A stretch of 64,000 bases of DNA, from contig CAYWFK010000003.1 in assembly GCA_964457375.1 (NCBI GenBank), positions 4,652-68,651 of the forward strand, read 5' to 3'. The stretch's first letter is position 1. The number at the start of each line of letters is the position of its first letter. Below are positions 63,231 through 64,000 of the stretch, in pieces. The stretch is from an uncultured Anaerolineales bacterium (lineage in GTDB: Bacteria; Chloroflexota; Anaerolineae; Anaerolineales; UBA11858). Below the pieces are notes generated by a model. The model worked only from the letters and a program-made list of their open reading frames with translations, ran no database searches and was not told where the DNA came from. The position numbers were made by a program, and so were the translations under genes.

Positions 63231-63767
63231 AAATATCATTCTAGCATAAAACCGTTGCGGAAAGCAATAGATGCGCTCCCGGTAACCCCGGGGTCTTATG
63301 CATTGCTCTTGCAGCTTCGGCAACGGGAACGGTTGGCTGTCGGCAAGCTGGGAATATTCGATTTTCTGCCGGGGGAATATGTGTATTTTGGGAGTGCCCG
63401 CGGGAGCGGGGGTATTCGCGCCCGCCTGGGGAGACATCTCCGGGGAGCCGGTAAGCTTCATTGGCATATCGATTTTCTGCGTACATCTGCCCGGGTCAGC
63501 GGTTATTTTTACCTGAGTGATGACGTGGTTGCTGAATTGCCGGTGCGAACCCGACGTTCGCTGGAGTGCATCTGGAGCCAGCGGTGTGCGCAAAACCGTT
63601 TGTTTCAGCTTGCTGCCCCGGGGTTCGGTGCGAGCGATTGTATCAATCGATGTGAATCGCACTTGTATCGTTTTTCAGAGCGTGATGTTTCTACCGATGC
63701 TATTCGCAGCATGATGGCAGATGCTGTTGGTGTCGGGAGCGCGTGTATCGTTGGTGCTTTTGTCTGA
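63219..63767 (+). CDS. DUF123 (GIY-YIG-like / Uri superfamily) domain protein
   Basis: PGSYALLLQL...GKLGIFDFLPGEYVYFGSARGSGGIRARLGRHLR...KLHWHIDFL matches the DUF123 pattern. ATG 63219 overlaps the divergent moaD-like start. An internal TTG at 63255 would remove the overlap. Confidence 0.7.
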   Translation: MNLHKYHSSIKPLRKAIDALPVTPGSYALLLQLRQRERLAVGKLGIFDFLPGEYVYFGSARGSGGIRARLGRHLRGAGKLHWHIDFLRTSARVSGYFYLSDDVVAELPVRTRRSLECIWSQRCAQNRLFQLAAPGFGASDCINRCESHLYRFSERDVSTDAIRSMMADAVGVGSACIVGAFV

Positions 63768-63824
63768 ATAGGGTAAAATGTACGGGTGTAACATTGGTGT
63801 GATGTTTTGTCAGATGGAGAATTC

Positions 63825-64000
63825 ATGAAAAATAAATTGCAGAATTACGGGTTTTTACTGGGAATTGCCGGGTTCGTCGTTGTGCTTGACCAGTGGTCGA
63901 AAGTATTCGTGCGCCAGCATTTGGCGTTGGGGGAGCGCTGGTCACCATGGGAATGGCTGGCACCTTATGCAAGGATTGTTTACTGGAAGAATACAGGGGC
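63825..64000 (+). CDS. lspA: lipoprotein signal peptidase II, 3'-truncated by the window end
   Basis: My own translation from ATG 63825 gives MKNKLQNYGFLLGIAGFVVVLDQWSKVFVRQHLALGERWSPWEWLAPYARIVYWKNTG. LDQxSK and the approaching NTGAAF motif are LspA hallmarks. Not in the ORF track because no stop codon falls inside the window. Confidence 0.75.
   Translation, partial: MKNKLQNYGFLLGIAGFVVVLDQWSKVFVRQHLALGERWSPWEWLAPYARIVYWKNTG

Noticed and set aside
1-64000. Screened the whole window for CRISPR arrays, IS or transposase ends, integrases, prophage genes, toxin-antitoxin pairs and known defence-system genes
   Set aside because: None recognised. The only repeats are the 81-bp intergenic tandem and the coding Ig-like repeats. 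Gene content is housekeeping, transport and envelope.

Overview
This 64-kb window looks like ordinary chromosomal core DNA from a moderate-GC bacterium. I recognised no transposase, integrase, phage gene, CRISPR array, rRNA or tRNA. The T-box leader, LPXTG sorting signal, polyphosphate glucokinase, long type-2 IleRS and tungsten-type aldehyde:ferredoxin oxidoreductase suggest Terrabacteria, possibly Chloroflexota/Anaerolineae-like; this is inference only. About 50 protein genes are supported. Housekeeping genes: def, recF, rsmG, glpX, mutS2, tyrS, alr, ileS, ppgK, ftsK, lgt, lspA (3'-cut at the window edge) and a PGM/PMM-family mutase. Transport genes: two EamA transporters, SulP-STAS-rhodanese, an ArsB/NhaD-like permease, a CopB-type P-type ATPase, Feo and an ABC pair. 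Regulation: an OmpR/HK pair and two DtxR-family proteins. Also present: AOR with a MoaD-like protein, and a 2204-aa secreted protein with 15 Ig-like repeats. I did not find a self-evident novel system such as a defence island. The most unusual items are: (1) a four-gene, translationally coupled iron operon made of dtxR, a membrane-anchored DtxR-FeoA-FeoA fusion and a cleanly split feoB; (2) a SEDS glycosyltransferase fused to a class-B-PBP-like domain that lacks the SxxK and KTG motifs; (3) a terminator-type T-box leader upstream of ileS with a non-obvious Stem I; (4) a tandem 81-bp intergenic repeat carrying TTGCA-N13-TGCAA palindromes; (5) the giant adhesin-like gene with near-identical 282-bp DNA repeats and an unassigned C-terminal domain; (6) uncommon fusions (cNMP-binding + 2x bPH, ABC-2 + SpoIIM-like). 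Start sites were refined from the ORF track using Shine-Dalgarno motifs and signal-peptide logic. All homology calls come from motif recognition by eye, not from database searches.
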